Below, in pieces: positions 29,483 to 39,336 of a stretch of 64,000 nucleotides of DNA. The notes beneath the pieces were generated by a model. It was not told the origin of the DNA. It saw nothing but the letters and a program-made list of their open reading frames with translations, and did not search any database. Each line of letters begins with the position of its first letter. The first letter of the stretch is position 1. The DNA lies in the IMG/VR virus record IMGVR_UViG_3300044613_002638, positions 32,001 through 96,000 of that record; one strand, given 5' to 3'. Made by a program: the position numbers and the translations under genes. Origin of the DNA: a virus.

Positions 29483-31225
29483 ATGGGATTTCCTAGCAGT
29501 CCAACAAACGGTCAACAGGTAGTAGTCAACAATATTACCTACATCTATAACAGTTCTAAAACTGCGTGGTTGAGATTAAGTACTCCTGGTGTACCCTTAA
29601 GTGCCAATAGTTTAGTTTTAACTAGTCCTAATGTGTCAATCAGTACCACTTCTGGTGCACTTATAGTTACTGGCGGTGCTGGTATTGGTGGCAACTTACA
29701 CGCTGACAGGTACTATACTCACAACGGTCTTTATTGGGCTAATAATAACGAAAGCATCCTCGGTGGCCTAAACTATGGTAACACTGAAGTAGCAGCATAC
29801 CTTGATTCGCAAAAAATTACAAGTGCAAATATTGGTGGTAGTCAAATATTTGCTAATGCAAATGCTGCTGTGCAGGCAACATCAATAAATTCTATTAATG
29901 CAAATATAGGATCATTTCAGACCTACGCCAATTCTAAAATTGGCACAAACACTAATAGCAATTTAGTAGTTGTATCTACTACAAGTTCAACATCAAACGT
30001 TACAGGTGCCTTAGTGGTAGCCGGGGGCGCCGGGATAGCAGGTAACGTTTATGCAGGAAAAATTTATACCTCAGAAGGCTTATATTGGGCAGGCAACGGC
30101 AACGTTATAGTAACAGGAGGCGGCGGTGGCGGAGTATTTACAGCTAGCAACACAGCACCTGTTGCGCCAAATGAAAGTGATTTTTGGTATAAAATCTCAT
30201 CTGACATATTATTACAATATATTACTGATGGCACTAGTAGTTACTGGGTAGATGTACAAAGTCAAACTTTGTTTGCTAATACTGCCGGCACTATCACTGA
30301 ACTAGGTGAAACTACTATCACTGGCAATCTTATACCTTCGGCCAACATTACATACAATCTTGGTAGTAGTACATCAAGATTCAAAGATATATTTTTAAGC
30401 GGTAACACGATTGATCTAGGCGGCGCCACTATTAAAACACACAGTGACAGTGGTGCAATAGCTTTTATTCCATCTATCACTGCGACTAATCCCAATCCAA
30501 GTGCTGTGGTAATCACACCAGCTGGAACTATTACCTCAGTTGAAACTGTTGGCGGTGTGGTATCAGACGCAAATATTGGTGCTGCATCTAATGCGGCATC
30601 AGAATCTGGTACTACTATTTTTGGTAACATTACGGTTACTGGTAACGTCATTGCTGCAAATATAACCGCCAATTCTAATATAGTTGCTAACAAAATTACA
30701 ACCACTGTGGGAATTTTTTGGTCTAACGGTAATGCTTTTATATCAGGAAGTGGTGGCAGTGGAATAACCTACACAGCAAATACTGCTCCACCAACCACAG
30801 GCAACATTTCAGGTGATAAATGGTACAACACCAACAATGATGTGTTGTACGAATATCTAGATGATGGAACAACATCATACTGGATTGATATTCAAAGTCA
30901 AACTTTAGCAGCTAACACCTCTACGCAAGAAACATCAATAGCCACGATTAATGCGAATATTGGTGCATTTCAAAACTATGCTAACACAAAAATTGGAACA
31001 AACACAAATGGTAATTTAGTAGTTCAAACAACAACTAGTTCAATATCAACTACTACAGGCGCATTGGTTGTAGTAGGCGGCGTAGGGGTGGCCGGTAATG
31101 TAACTGCAGATAGATTTGCAACCACAACTGGTTTATTTTGGGCAAACGGAACAGCTTTCAGTTCGGGACTGAGCTCGGCACAAGTTAATGCTCGTATTTG
31201 GGCACAAAATGTATTTTGGGGATAA
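29483..31225 (+). CDS. Fibre/adaptor protein, cassette 1 (MxFPxxPxNG family)
   Basis: N-terminus MGFPSSPTNGQ, shared with 32953, 36252, 38698 and 43277. Confidence 0.7.
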   Translation: MGFPSSPTNGQQVVVNNITYIYNSSKTAWLRLSTPGVPLSANSLVLTSPNVSISTTSGALIVTGGAGIGGNLHADRYYTHNGLYWANNNESILGGLNYGNTEVAAYLDSQKITSANIGGSQIFANANAAVQATSINSINANIGSFQTYANSKIGTNTNSNLVVVSTTSSTSNVTGALVVAGGAGIAGNVYAGKIYTSEGLYWAGNGNVIVTGGGGGGVFTASNTAPVAPNESDFWYKISSDILLQYITDGTSSYWVDVQSQTLFANTAGTITELGETTITGNLIPSANITYNLGSSTSRFKDIFLSGNTIDLGGATIKTHSDSGAIAFIPSITATNPNPSAVVITPAGTITSVETVGGVVSDANIGAASNAASESGTTIFGNITVTGNVIAANITANSNIVANKITTTVGIFWSNGNAFISGSGGSGITYTANTAPPTTGNISGDKWYNTNNDVLYEYLDDGTTSYWIDIQSQTLAANTSTQETSIATINANIGAFQNYANTKIGTNTNGNLVVQTTTSSISTTTGALVVVGGVGVAGNVTADRFATTTGLFWANGTAFSSGLSSAQVNARIWAQNVFWG

Positions 31226-31228
31226 AAA

Positions 31229-31585
31229 ATGGCAGCACCAAACTTAATTAATTCAACTACAGTATTAGGCAAACGAGCTTATGCCATATTAACAACATCA
31301 ATGGCTAATGTAATTACAAATGGCTCTACATCAGGTAATCTTATTAAGATTAGTGAAATGTCAATTTCTAATATTTCTTCATTGGCAATTCTTACTAATG
31401 TTGCAGTTGGTAGAGGTACAACACTATATTATTTGGCAGGAAATATTTCTGTGCCAGCTAATTCTATTTTAACGCTTGTATCAAGAGACAGTGCTTTTTA
31501 TATGGAAGAAGGAGATTATCTACAGGCCAATTCAAGTTCTGCTACAGCCGGGCATGTATCTGTATCTCATGAGGTAACATCGTAA
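31229..31585 (+). CDS. 118-aa MAAPN-family virion protein, cassette 1
   Basis: Clear paralog of 33236 and 36907 ('YxEEGDYLQAN'). Confidence 0.7.
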   Translation: MAAPNLINSTTVLGKRAYAILTTSMANVITNGSTSGNLIKISEMSISNISSLAILTNVAVGRGTTLYYLAGNISVPANSILTLVSRDSAFYMEEGDYLQANSSSATAGHVSVSHEVTS

Positions 31586-32550
31586 TGCCCTTGATTAAAA
31601 GCAATTATGGTATCATTGGTAATACTGTAACTGTAAGTGATTCAACATCTGGTTTTTCTTCCAGTAGAATGGATCAACAGTTGTTGATTGCTGCAGGTAA
31701 ATGGCCTAAATGGAAAGTTCCTGCACCACTGGTTGAGTATCTTGTTGTAGCAGGCGGTGGCGGTGGTGGACATGGTGGTGCTGGTGCCGGTGGATTATTG
31801 ACAAGTAGTTTTAGCGCCGCGGCAGGAACAACATATACTGTAACAATTGGCGGTGGTGGTAACGGTGATTCTTCTCCTTACCCTGGTCCATACACAGCTA
31901 CAAATGGAACAGCGTCGTCGCTTGGTTCAATTACGGCCATTGGAGGTGGTAGAGGAGCTAGTTTTTCTCAAGGATCGCCGTACTCTGGGTGGCAAGGGGG
32001 TTCGGGCAGTGGAGGAACTTATGGAGGTAGTGGCGCCGATGGCACAGCAGGACAAGGTAATGCAGGAGGTAATGGACCATTTAACTCAGGTTATGGAATA
32101 GGAGGCGGAGGCGGTGGGGCAGTATCTGTAGGTCTTGCGGGCGCAGCTGACGGTAGCGGCGGTGCAGGTGGTAATGGTGGGGCAGGTTTGTATTCATCTA
32201 TATCCGGAGCAAATGTAGCATATGCAGGAGGCGGTGGCGGGTCGTTAGACGGTAGGATGACCGGCACGAAAATAGCAGGTCAAGGAGGAGTAGGAGGTGG
32301 TGCTACAGCAGTTTTTGGCGACGGAGCGACTCCAAATTCTGGTAATGCGAATACTGGCGGCGGCGGTGGTGGAAATTATTTTGGTGTAGCAATTAATAAC
32401 GGAGCAGGCGGTAACGGAGGATCAGGAATAGTAATTTTGAGATATTTGGACACATTTGCCAATGCTACTACCACAGGATCGCCTCAATTAACAATATCTG
32501 GCGGCTACAGAATATATAGATTCACCGGTGACGGATCTATTACTTTTTAA
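31585..32550 (+). CDS. Glycine-rich adhesin-like protein, cassette 1
   Basis: 'VEYLVVAGGGGGG...GGSGIVILRY' polyglycine domain. Confidence 0.7.
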   Translation: MPLIKSNYGIIGNTVTVSDSTSGFSSSRMDQQLLIAAGKWPKWKVPAPLVEYLVVAGGGGGGHGGAGAGGLLTSSFSAAAGTTYTVTIGGGGNGDSSPYPGPYTATNGTASSLGSITAIGGGRGASFSQGSPYSGWQGGSGSGGTYGGSGADGTAGQGNAGGNGPFNSGYGIGGGGGGAVSVGLAGAADGSGGAGGNGGAGLYSSISGANVAYAGGGGGSLDGRMTGTKIAGQGGVGGGATAVFGDGATPNSGNANTGGGGGGNYFGVAINNGAGGNGGSGIVILRYLDTFANATTTGSPQLTISGGYRIYRFTGDGSITF

Positions 32551-32561
32551 CATAATTTGAT

Positions 32562-32930
32562 ATGGCACATTTTGCAAAATTAGACGAAAATAATCAAGTG
32601 TTAGCGGTTCATGTAGTTAATAATGAAGTACTACTAGATTCTAATGGAACAGAGAGAGAAGAACTTGGCGTGGCTTTTTTAATTTCATGGTCGGGCGGCC
32701 ATCCGTATTGGAAGCAAACCAGTTATAACAGCAATTTTAGGAAAAATTATGCTGGCTTTGGCTTTACTTACGATAGCGACAGAGATGCCTTTGTTCCGCC
32801 ACGCCCGTTTGCAAGTTGGACATTAGATGAAACAACTTGTCAATGGATTTCGCCTGTGCCACATCCAGCAGATGGTGATCGGTATATATGGAACGAGGAT
32901 ACTGTAAGTTGGGAACTGTTTAACCCATAA
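32562..32930 (+). CDS. Small fibre chaperone-like protein, cassette 1
   Basis: 'MAHFAKLD...RKNYAG.GFTYD...PVPHP...WNE...SW'; C-terminus homologous to 38268. Confidence 0.65.
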   Translation: MAHFAKLDENNQVLAVHVVNNEVLLDSNGTEREELGVAFLISWSGGHPYWKQTSYNSNFRKNYAGFGFTYDSDRDAFVPPRPFASWTLDETTCQWISPVPHPADGDRYIWNEDTVSWELFNP

Positions 32931-32952
32931 ATATGAAATCATAGGAAAATAG

Positions 32953-33234
32953 ATGACATTTCCAGTTGCTCCAATAAACGGCGATACAACCACAGTCAAT
33001 GGTATAAGCTATGTCTATGATTCCTCATTGCGGAGTTGGACTAGAGTAACCTCTACCTTGGGCAACATAACAGTTTCAAATAATGCCAACATTACAGGTA
33101 ATTTGACTGTAGGCGGTAATGTCACAGCAGACAGATTTACAACTACCGCAGGCGTATTTTACGCAAACAACACATCATATAATTCAGACGTAGCTTCGTT
33201 ATCAGTGGCCATGTCAATTATATACGGAGGATAA
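32953..33234 (+). CDS. MxFPxxPxNG adaptor protein, cassette 2
   Basis: N-terminus MTFPVAPING; C-terminus AMSIIYGG resembles 36252. Confidence 0.7.
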   Translation: MTFPVAPINGDTTTVNGISYVYDSSLRSWTRVTSTLGNITVSNNANITGNLTVGGNVTADRFTTTAGVFYANNTSYNSDVASLSVAMSIIYGG

Positions 33235-33235
33235 C

Positions 33236-33592
33236 ATGGCAGCACCCAACATAAGAAACGTATCAACAATTATTGGCAAGTCAATTTATGCAAATTTAAC
33301 TACGGTATATTCTAATGTAATTACCAATGGATCAACATCAGGCAACGTGTTAAAGGTAAATGAAATTACTGTGAGCAATTATACTGGTACAGGAGTAAGT
33401 TGTAACGTACAAGTGGGTAGAGGATCATCATTGTTTTTTATTGTAGGCAACATATCAGTTCCGGCGTCTAGTACACTGGTAGTAGTGGCCAAAGATACCA
33501 ACTTGTATTTAGAAGAAGGTGATTACATACAGGCCAATGCCACTGCCAATGTAACAGCACACTTAATTGCAAGCTATGAGGTTATTTCTTAA
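33236..33592 (+). CDS. 118-aa MAAPN-family protein, cassette 2
   Basis: Paralog of 31229 and 36907. Confidence 0.7.
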   Translation: MAAPNIRNVSTIIGKSIYANLTTVYSNVITNGSTSGNVLKVNEITVSNYTGTGVSCNVQVGRGSSLFFIVGNISVPASSTLVVVAKDTNLYLEEGDYIQANATANVTAHLIASYEVIS

Positions 33593-35769
33593 TGCCACGT
33601 ACAAGATTTAACAATGGTGTTCTTGGGCCAAGACAGACTACCACTGCTAGCGCAGCAGCTGGTTTGTTTGGCCTAGTAGATCATCAGGTGTTAACTGGTG
33701 GGGGACTGTTTCCACGTAGTCCTTTGCCGTTGACTGGAGATGAATTTTTTCCGTATGTGCCATTATTGATAAATGCCGATAGTACCAATGGAGCCACTAA
33801 TAACACTTTTCTTGACTCGAGTCAGAATAACACAACCTTAACACCTTTTGGTACCATGTCTCAAGGATCCTTTTCGCCTTTTGGAGACAATTGGTCAAAT
33901 TATTTTGACGGTACAGGTGATTATCTTAGTATAGCTGATAATGCTGCATTTGAATTAGGCAGTAACGATTTTACAATTGAAATGTGGATACATACAACAT
34001 CCACAAATCAATATCAAACTTTTGTAGGTAAAGATTCTGCTGCCGGGACTCGCGGATTTATATTAACTTCAGATACCCGCTCTTTAATTTTTGCAGTTGC
34101 AGGGGCAGCATCAGTAACCACTACAGGAAAATTTGATGTAGCAAAATGGAATTTACTTACAATAACTCGGTCAGGAAATACTATCTATCTTGGTATAAAT
34201 GGAACAGTTGAGAGCTTTTCATGGACCGCAGCTATTCCTGACGCATCTTCGCCATTGACTATTGCTTCACAACTTACGCCAGGCAGTGTTTACGTAAACT
34301 ATTTTTCAGGGTACATATCTAACTTACGAATAGTAAATGGATCATCTGTGGCCACATATAGATCAAATTTTAGTGTACCAACCGCGCCGTTGACTGCTAT
34401 CGCTAATACCTCACTGCTCACTTGTCAAAGTAATCGTTTTAGAGATAATAGCACAAATAATTTTGCAATTACTGTGGCTGGAGATGTGTCTGTACAAAGA
34501 TTTTCACCATTTAGTCCTGCAACTAGCTATTCAACTAGTACCATCAGCGGTGGCCTGGGTAAATTTGTTGGCAGCAATTATATTACTTTGCCAAGTAGTA
34601 ATTTTGCATTTGGAACTGCCAGCTTCACAGTTGAACTATGGTTGTATTATATTCCTGCCGAAACCGTGGCATCATACGGATGTTTTTTTGATAACGGTTC
34701 GCAAGGAGTATTTTTATCATTTGGTACCAGTAAAAATAATTTATTATTTTATGGCACTGCCAATAACGATACAACAGGATTTCCACATGGCATGGCCGGA
34801 AATACTTGGAATCATCTCGCATTTGTAAGAAACGGTACAACAATGACCATATATGTTAATGGATCGTCAATTGGATCATGGTCTGGCATTACAGGATCAA
34901 GTAGTCCTGGCAGTGCAACAGCATTTGTAGGAACTTATTCATTGGCGCCTGTTAGCTATCCTTGCGGAGGTTACATTGCAAATATGCGAGTAGTTAACGG
35001 TGTAGCAGTATACACTGGTAATTTTACACCGCCAATAGCACCGTTAACTACTGCTGGTGCTAGTTCTGCAGCCTGTTATCCAAGCACAACAAATGTTAAT
35101 ATTTCTTTTGCTGCGTCTAGTACCAGCTTGTTATTAAATGGAGCCAATTCGAATATCGTAGATCAAGCCGCTATGAATTTGTTAGGCACTATAGGTCAAG
35201 CTCAAGTGAGCACAGCGCAAAGTAAATTTGGTGGCAGTTCTATACTATTTGACGGCGACCAAGACTATATACGAATGCCATCAAGTCCCATGATATCAAA
35301 TTGGTTTTTGGGTGATTACACAATAGAGTATTGGATATATCCTAATGCATTCAATTCAAGCACAAATGGCGGATCAAATGTTTTCAGTCAGGCAACACCA
35401 GCCAGCACCGGAGAATATTTTTCTTTTGGTCCAAGAGCCAGTGGAGTTGTTGTTTTTTATTATTATAATGGTGCCGCTCAAACAATTACTTCGGGAAGTA
35501 TCAGTACAGGAACCTGGACCCATTTAGCAGCCACATATGAAAAATCATCGAACACACTTAGGATTTTTATTAACGGAACACTCACAACTTCTACTACAAT
35601 TTCCGGAACACCTTTATTGGGACCTGCAGATGCAACTGCTCCAATTTTGGTAGGAGCCAGTGCAAACGCACAATTTAACGGATACATTGACGATTTAAGG
35701 ATAACATCTGGCATAGCAAGATACACTAGCACTTTTACACCACCAACCACGAATTTCGCATTAAGATAG
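33592..35769 (+). CDS. Concanavalin A/LamG-like lectin repeat protein (about 3 domains), cassette 2
   Basis: Repeated 'FDGTGDYL...DFTIEMW...WxHLAxVRxG...GYIxxLRI' domains. Confidence 0.8.
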   Translation: MPRTRFNNGVLGPRQTTTASAAAGLFGLVDHQVLTGGGLFPRSPLPLTGDEFFPYVPLLINADSTNGATNNTFLDSSQNNTTLTPFGTMSQGSFSPFGDNWSNYFDGTGDYLSIADNAAFELGSNDFTIEMWIHTTSTNQYQTFVGKDSAAGTRGFILTSDTRSLIFAVAGAASVTTTGKFDVAKWNLLTITRSGNTIYLGINGTVESFSWTAAIPDASSPLTIASQLTPGSVYVNYFSGYISNLRIVNGSSVATYRSNFSVPTAPLTAIANTSLLTCQSNRFRDNSTNNFAITVAGDVSVQRFSPFSPATSYSTSTISGGLGKFVGSNYITLPSSNFAFGTASFTVELWLYYIPAETVASYGCFFDNGSQGVFLSFGTSKNNLLFYGTANNDTTGFPHGMAGNTWNHLAFVRNGTTMTIYVNGSSIGSWSGITGSSSPGSATAFVGTYSLAPVSYPCGGYIANMRVVNGVAVYTGNFTPPIAPLTTAGASSAACYPSTTNVNISFAASSTSLLLNGANSNIVDQAAMNLLGTIGQAQVSTAQSKFGGSSILFDGDQDYIRMPSSPMISNWFLGDYTIEYWIYPNAFNSSTNGGSNVFSQATPASTGEYFSFGPRASGVVVFYYYNGAAQTITSGSISTGTWTHLAATYEKSSNTLRIFINGTLTTSTTISGTPLLGPADATAPILVGASANAQFNGYIDDLRITSGIARYTSTFTPPTTNFALR

Positions 35770-35777
35770 GATAAAAA

Positions 35778-36230
35778 ATGTTCATAGCAAAAATACTAAA
35801 CGGACAAGTTGTACAAGTAGTAGATTCAAGAGAAGTGTTTGCGACTACAGCTCCAACCGCACAACAACTAGTTGAAAACAGTTACATGCAGGTTAATCTA
35901 TTTAGACCGCATGATAGATTGACTGAAAAACTAGTCACATGTGAACCAGTAATTGAAGGGGCGTGGGTATATACAGTAGAGGTACAGCCAATGACTGATC
36001 AAGAAATTCAAGCAGCCAAAGATTCTGCTATGGCACAGATTAGAGCACAAAGAAACGCTTTATTAAAACAATCAGATTATACACAAATTGCCGACAATCC
36101 TGATCCCAAGAAAGCAGAATGGGCCGCGTATAGACAAACCCTAAGAGATTTACCCGCTAATATCACAGGTGATCCAAGAACGTTTACAGACTGGCCCACT
36201 GACCCAGATTGGCAACCCATGGGTCAATAA
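35778..36230 (+). CDS. Phage tail assembly chaperone-like protein, cassette 2
   Basis: 'IRAQRNALLKQSDYTQ...WAAYRQTLRDLP...WP' motif. Confidence 0.78.
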   Translation: MFIAKILNGQVVQVVDSREVFATTAPTAQQLVENSYMQVNLFRPHDRLTEKLVTCEPVIEGAWVYTVEVQPMTDQEIQAAKDSAMAQIRAQRNALLKQSDYTQIADNPDPKKAEWAAYRQTLRDLPANITGDPRTFTDWPTDPDWQPMGQ

Positions 36231-36251
36231 ATAGATTAATTAGGATAATAA

Positions 36252-36905
36252 ATGACATTTCCAGTCGCACCAACAAACGGTCAATCCGCAACAGTAAATG
36301 GTATTAGGTACATCTACAACAGTACCGACAATGCTTGGTACAGGCAGACCAGCCCTGTTGCTAATTTAACTGTTTCTGGAAATATTGTCACAAATAAATT
36401 ATTCACCGCCCAAGGTCTATTCTGGGCCGGCAATGGACAAGTAATTGCAACTGGCGGTGGCGGTGGCGGAGGTTTAACATTCACTGCAGATACTGCTCCG
36501 CCAACCAGCGGTAACATCAGCGGAGATCAATGGTATAACACCACAACTGATATTTTATATGAATATATCAATGACGGCACAACAAGTTACTGGATTGATA
36601 CACAGAGTCTAGGTCAAGTTGGAAATATTACAACTATAGCAGATGCTACCTTGCAAGGTAATCTAGTGGTAGGTTTGGGAAATGTTTACAGCATTGGTGC
36701 CAGTAATGGTTTTGTTAAAAATATTTTTTCTCACAGCATTACGGCTAATATTGTAACTGTACAAGGTAATATTACTGCTGCCAATGTTACTACATCGGGA
36801 AATATACAGGCAAGTTTTGTTCATGGTGATGGATCAAAATTAACAAATTTAAATGCGGCAAGCACAGGAAAGGCTATCGCAATGTCGATAGTGTTCGGAG
36901 GATAA
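36252..36905 (+). CDS. MxFPxxPxNG adaptor protein, cassette 3
   Basis: N-terminus MTFPVAPTNG; GDQWY module; C-terminus AMSIVFGG. Confidence 0.7.
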   Translation: MTFPVAPTNGQSATVNGIRYIYNSTDNAWYRQTSPVANLTVSGNIVTNKLFTAQGLFWAGNGQVIATGGGGGGGLTFTADTAPPTSGNISGDQWYNTTTDILYEYINDGTTSYWIDTQSLGQVGNITTIADATLQGNLVVGLGNVYSIGASNGFVKNIFSHSITANIVTVQGNITAANVTTSGNIQASFVHGDGSKLTNLNAASTGKAIAMSIVFGG

Positions 36906-36906
36906 C

Positions 36907-37263
36907 ATGGCAGCACCTAACATAGTAAATGTGACTACAATTTTTGGAAAAACAAACGTTGCAGTTTTAAACACTACGCTATCTAATGTTTTAGTAAATT
37001 CTAGCACATCAGGTAATGTAATTAAAGTCAACGATATTACAATTAGCAATTTCACTGGCAGTGCAATGTATGCAAATTTAACTTTTGGAAGAGGTAGTTC
37101 GCTTTACTTTATTGCAGGTACACTAACTTTGCCTGCTTATTCCACAGTAGCCGCTATTGGTAAAGATACCACTATATACTTAGAAGAAGGCGATTATTTG
37201 CAGGCAAATACATCGTCGGCTACAGGATCGCACCTAATAGTGTCATATGAATCTATAAATTAA
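36907..37263 (+). CDS. 118-aa MAAPN-family protein, cassette 3
   Basis: Paralog of 31229 and 33236. Confidence 0.7.
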   Translation: MAAPNIVNVTTIFGKTNVAVLNTTLSNVLVNSSTSGNVIKVNDITISNFTGSAMYANLTFGRGSSLYFIAGTLTLPAYSTVAAIGKDTTIYLEEGDYLQANTSSATGSHLIVSYESIN

Positions 37264-37264
37264 A

Positions 37265-38266
37265 ATGCCTAGAGTAAGATCAAATTATTCAATATTAGGT
37301 AATGCCGTACCTACTTCAAATTCTACAGTAGGAAGAATGGCATCACTAGCCGACGTAAGAAATCTACAAAGCGAGGGATACTGGTATCAAAGTGTTCCTT
37401 CACAAAGTGTGTATACAACTCCTGGTACCTATACTTGGACAGCACCTCCGGGAGTAACAAGTGTATGTGCTGTGGTAGTTGGCGGTGGTGGCTGCGGAGA
37501 TAATGGAAACAGCGGCGATGGCGGTGGAGGCGGCGGAGCCGGGGGTGCTCTAGCATATGCTAACAATATTACAGTGATACCAGGTAACAATTATACCGTT
37601 GTTGTAGGAGCAGGGGGTAGCGACGCAAATGGGTTTGGAGTAAGAGCACAATCAGGCGGAAATTCAAGTGTTACATTTAGTACTTTTGTAATGACTGCAC
37701 AAGGTGGCCAAGGAGGTGATCCATATAGTGCAGATCCCGGAGCACCGGCCAGCGTGTTTAGTTTTACAAATACGCCAGTGGGTGTAACCACTGACGGTGG
37801 TCAAGGTGGCGGCGGTGGTGCTGGTTGGAATGGAGGCGGCGGGGGAGGCGGAGCTGGTGGATATGGAAACCGTGGCGGTAACGGTAGTCGATCATCTACC
37901 AGCCGTACTAATTTCACAACTGTAAATGCATTAGGCACCGGTGCTGGCGGTGGCGGTGGCGCTCAAACTGCTGCTGGCACCGGTCTTAGCGGTGGGGGCA
38001 ATGGCGGAACTGGGGGCGATGATCTGACAGGTGGCGGTGGCGGAGGAGCCACAATTTTTAGCAATACGAACCCTGTAAGCAACGGTGGTAACGGAAATAA
38101 TTTAACTTCTGCTGGATCAAAAGGAGGCAATGGCGGAAATTGGGGTGGTGGCGGCGGAGGCTCATATGATAATGGCACAGGAATCGCCGCTGCAGGTGCT
38201 AGTGGAGCAGTTAAAATTTTGTGGGGTGCCGGTAGATCTTTTCCAACTAATGCTTGGGATGTATAG
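37265..38266 (+). CDS. Glycine-rich adhesin-like protein, cassette 3
   Basis: 'YTTPGTYTWTAPPGVTSV...VGGGG...GAVKILWG' polyglycine domain. Confidence 0.72.
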   Translation: MPRVRSNYSILGNAVPTSNSTVGRMASLADVRNLQSEGYWYQSVPSQSVYTTPGTYTWTAPPGVTSVCAVVVGGGGCGDNGNSGDGGGGGGAGGALAYANNITVIPGNNYTVVVGAGGSDANGFGVRAQSGGNSSVTFSTFVMTAQGGQGGDPYSADPGAPASVFSFTNTPVGVTTDGGQGGGGGAGWNGGGGGGGAGGYGNRGGNGSRSSTSRTNFTTVNALGTGAGGGGGAQTAAGTGLSGGGNGGTGGDDLTGGGGGGATIFSNTNPVSNGGNGNNLTSAGSKGGNGGNWGGGGGGSYDNGTGIAAAGASGAVKILWGAGRSFPTNAWDV

Positions 38267-38267
38267 T

Positions 38268-38675
38268 ATGAATTTATATATTAGAATTGTAGACGGACAA
38301 ATAACAGATCATCCTATATTAGAAAGCAATCTATTACAAGCCTATCCTGGTATTGATCTAAATAACTCTCAAGAATATGTTAAGTTTACGAGAATTCCTA
38401 AAGATGTGTCTGAAGGTACTTATGAAATCGCCTATTACACCTACGAATGGGATGGTGATACAGTTCGAGATGCATGGCATACGAGACCAATGACCACCGC
38501 GGAAAGATTGGCAAAACAAGAAACGACAAAACAAGACTGGCAAACTTATGGTTATCCAAGTTGGCAATTCAACGAAACAACTTGCAGTTTTGAAGCACCT
38601 GTGCCTCATCCCAATGACGGAAACAAATACAGGTGGAGCGAAGCAACACTGAGTTGGGAACTGTTTACCCCATAA
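38268..38675 (+). CDS. Small fibre chaperone-like protein, cassette 3
   Basis: Likely start ATG 38268 (MNLYIRI); C-terminus 'PVPHPNDG..Y.W.E...SWELF.P' matches 32562. Confidence 0.65.
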   Translation: MNLYIRIVDGQITDHPILESNLLQAYPGIDLNNSQEYVKFTRIPKDVSEGTYEIAYYTYEWDGDTVRDAWHTRPMTTAERLAKQETTKQDWQTYGYPSWQFNETTCSFEAPVPHPNDGNKYRWSEATLSWELFTP

Positions 38676-38697
38676 ATATGAAACTATAGGATAAAAA

Positions 38698-38997
38698 ATG
38701 AGCTTTCCGGTCTCACCAGTTAACGGTCAAATTACTACTGTAAACGGAATTAGATACAGTTTTAATTCCACTGTAAATAGCTGGACTAGAATAAGTCCTG
38801 GTAGATATACCGCGTCTGCCACTGGTCCTACCAATGCTTCTACTGGTGATCATTGGTACGACACAAATGAAGATGTACTTTATGAATGGACATTTGATGG
38901 CACAAGTTACTACTGGGTGGATATATCTTCAGGACTGGTAGCAGGCACCACCACTACCGTGTTGCCATTTCATCCATTTTTATTATCAGGAATGTAA
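38698..38997 (+). CDS. MxFPxxPxNG adaptor protein, cassette 4
   Basis: N-terminus MSFPVSPVNG; GDHWY module. Confidence 0.7.
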   Translation: MSFPVSPVNGQITTVNGIRYSFNSTVNSWTRISPGRYTASATGPTNASTGDHWYDTNEDVLYEWTFDGTSYYWVDISSGLVAGTTTTVLPFHPFLLSGM

Positions 38998-39006
38998 GGA
39001 TACCGT

Positions 39007-39336
39007 ATGCCAACAGTTTATAAAGTTTTAGGACAAGTTAATCCCAGTGCAACCACCGACACAACATTGTACACAGTGCCTGCAGGCAATAGCACTGTGG
39101 TATCAACTTTAACTGTGTGTAATCAAATTGGCACAGCAGCAAATTTTAGAGTAGCTGTCAGGCCCGCTGGCGAAGCATTATCTAATAAACATTATTTAAA
39201 TTTTGATACACAGATTCCTGCCAATGATCAAATTGCTCTTACTCTTGGTATTACACTAGCAGCTACCGATGTAGTCACAGTGTATGCCAACACAGCAACA
39301 ATGTCATTTAATCTTTTTGGCACTGAGATGTTCTAA
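39007..39336 (+). CDS. ~110-aa virion protein occupying the MAAPN slot, cassette 4
   Basis: 'YKVLGQ...LYTVP...STLTVCN...[11 protein letters not shown]'. Confidence 0.65.
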   Translation: MPTVYKVLGQVNPSATTDTTLYTVPAGNSTVVSTLTVCNQIGTAANFRVAVRPAGEALSNKHYLNFDTQIPANDQIALTLGITLAATDVVTVYANTATMSFNLFGTEMF

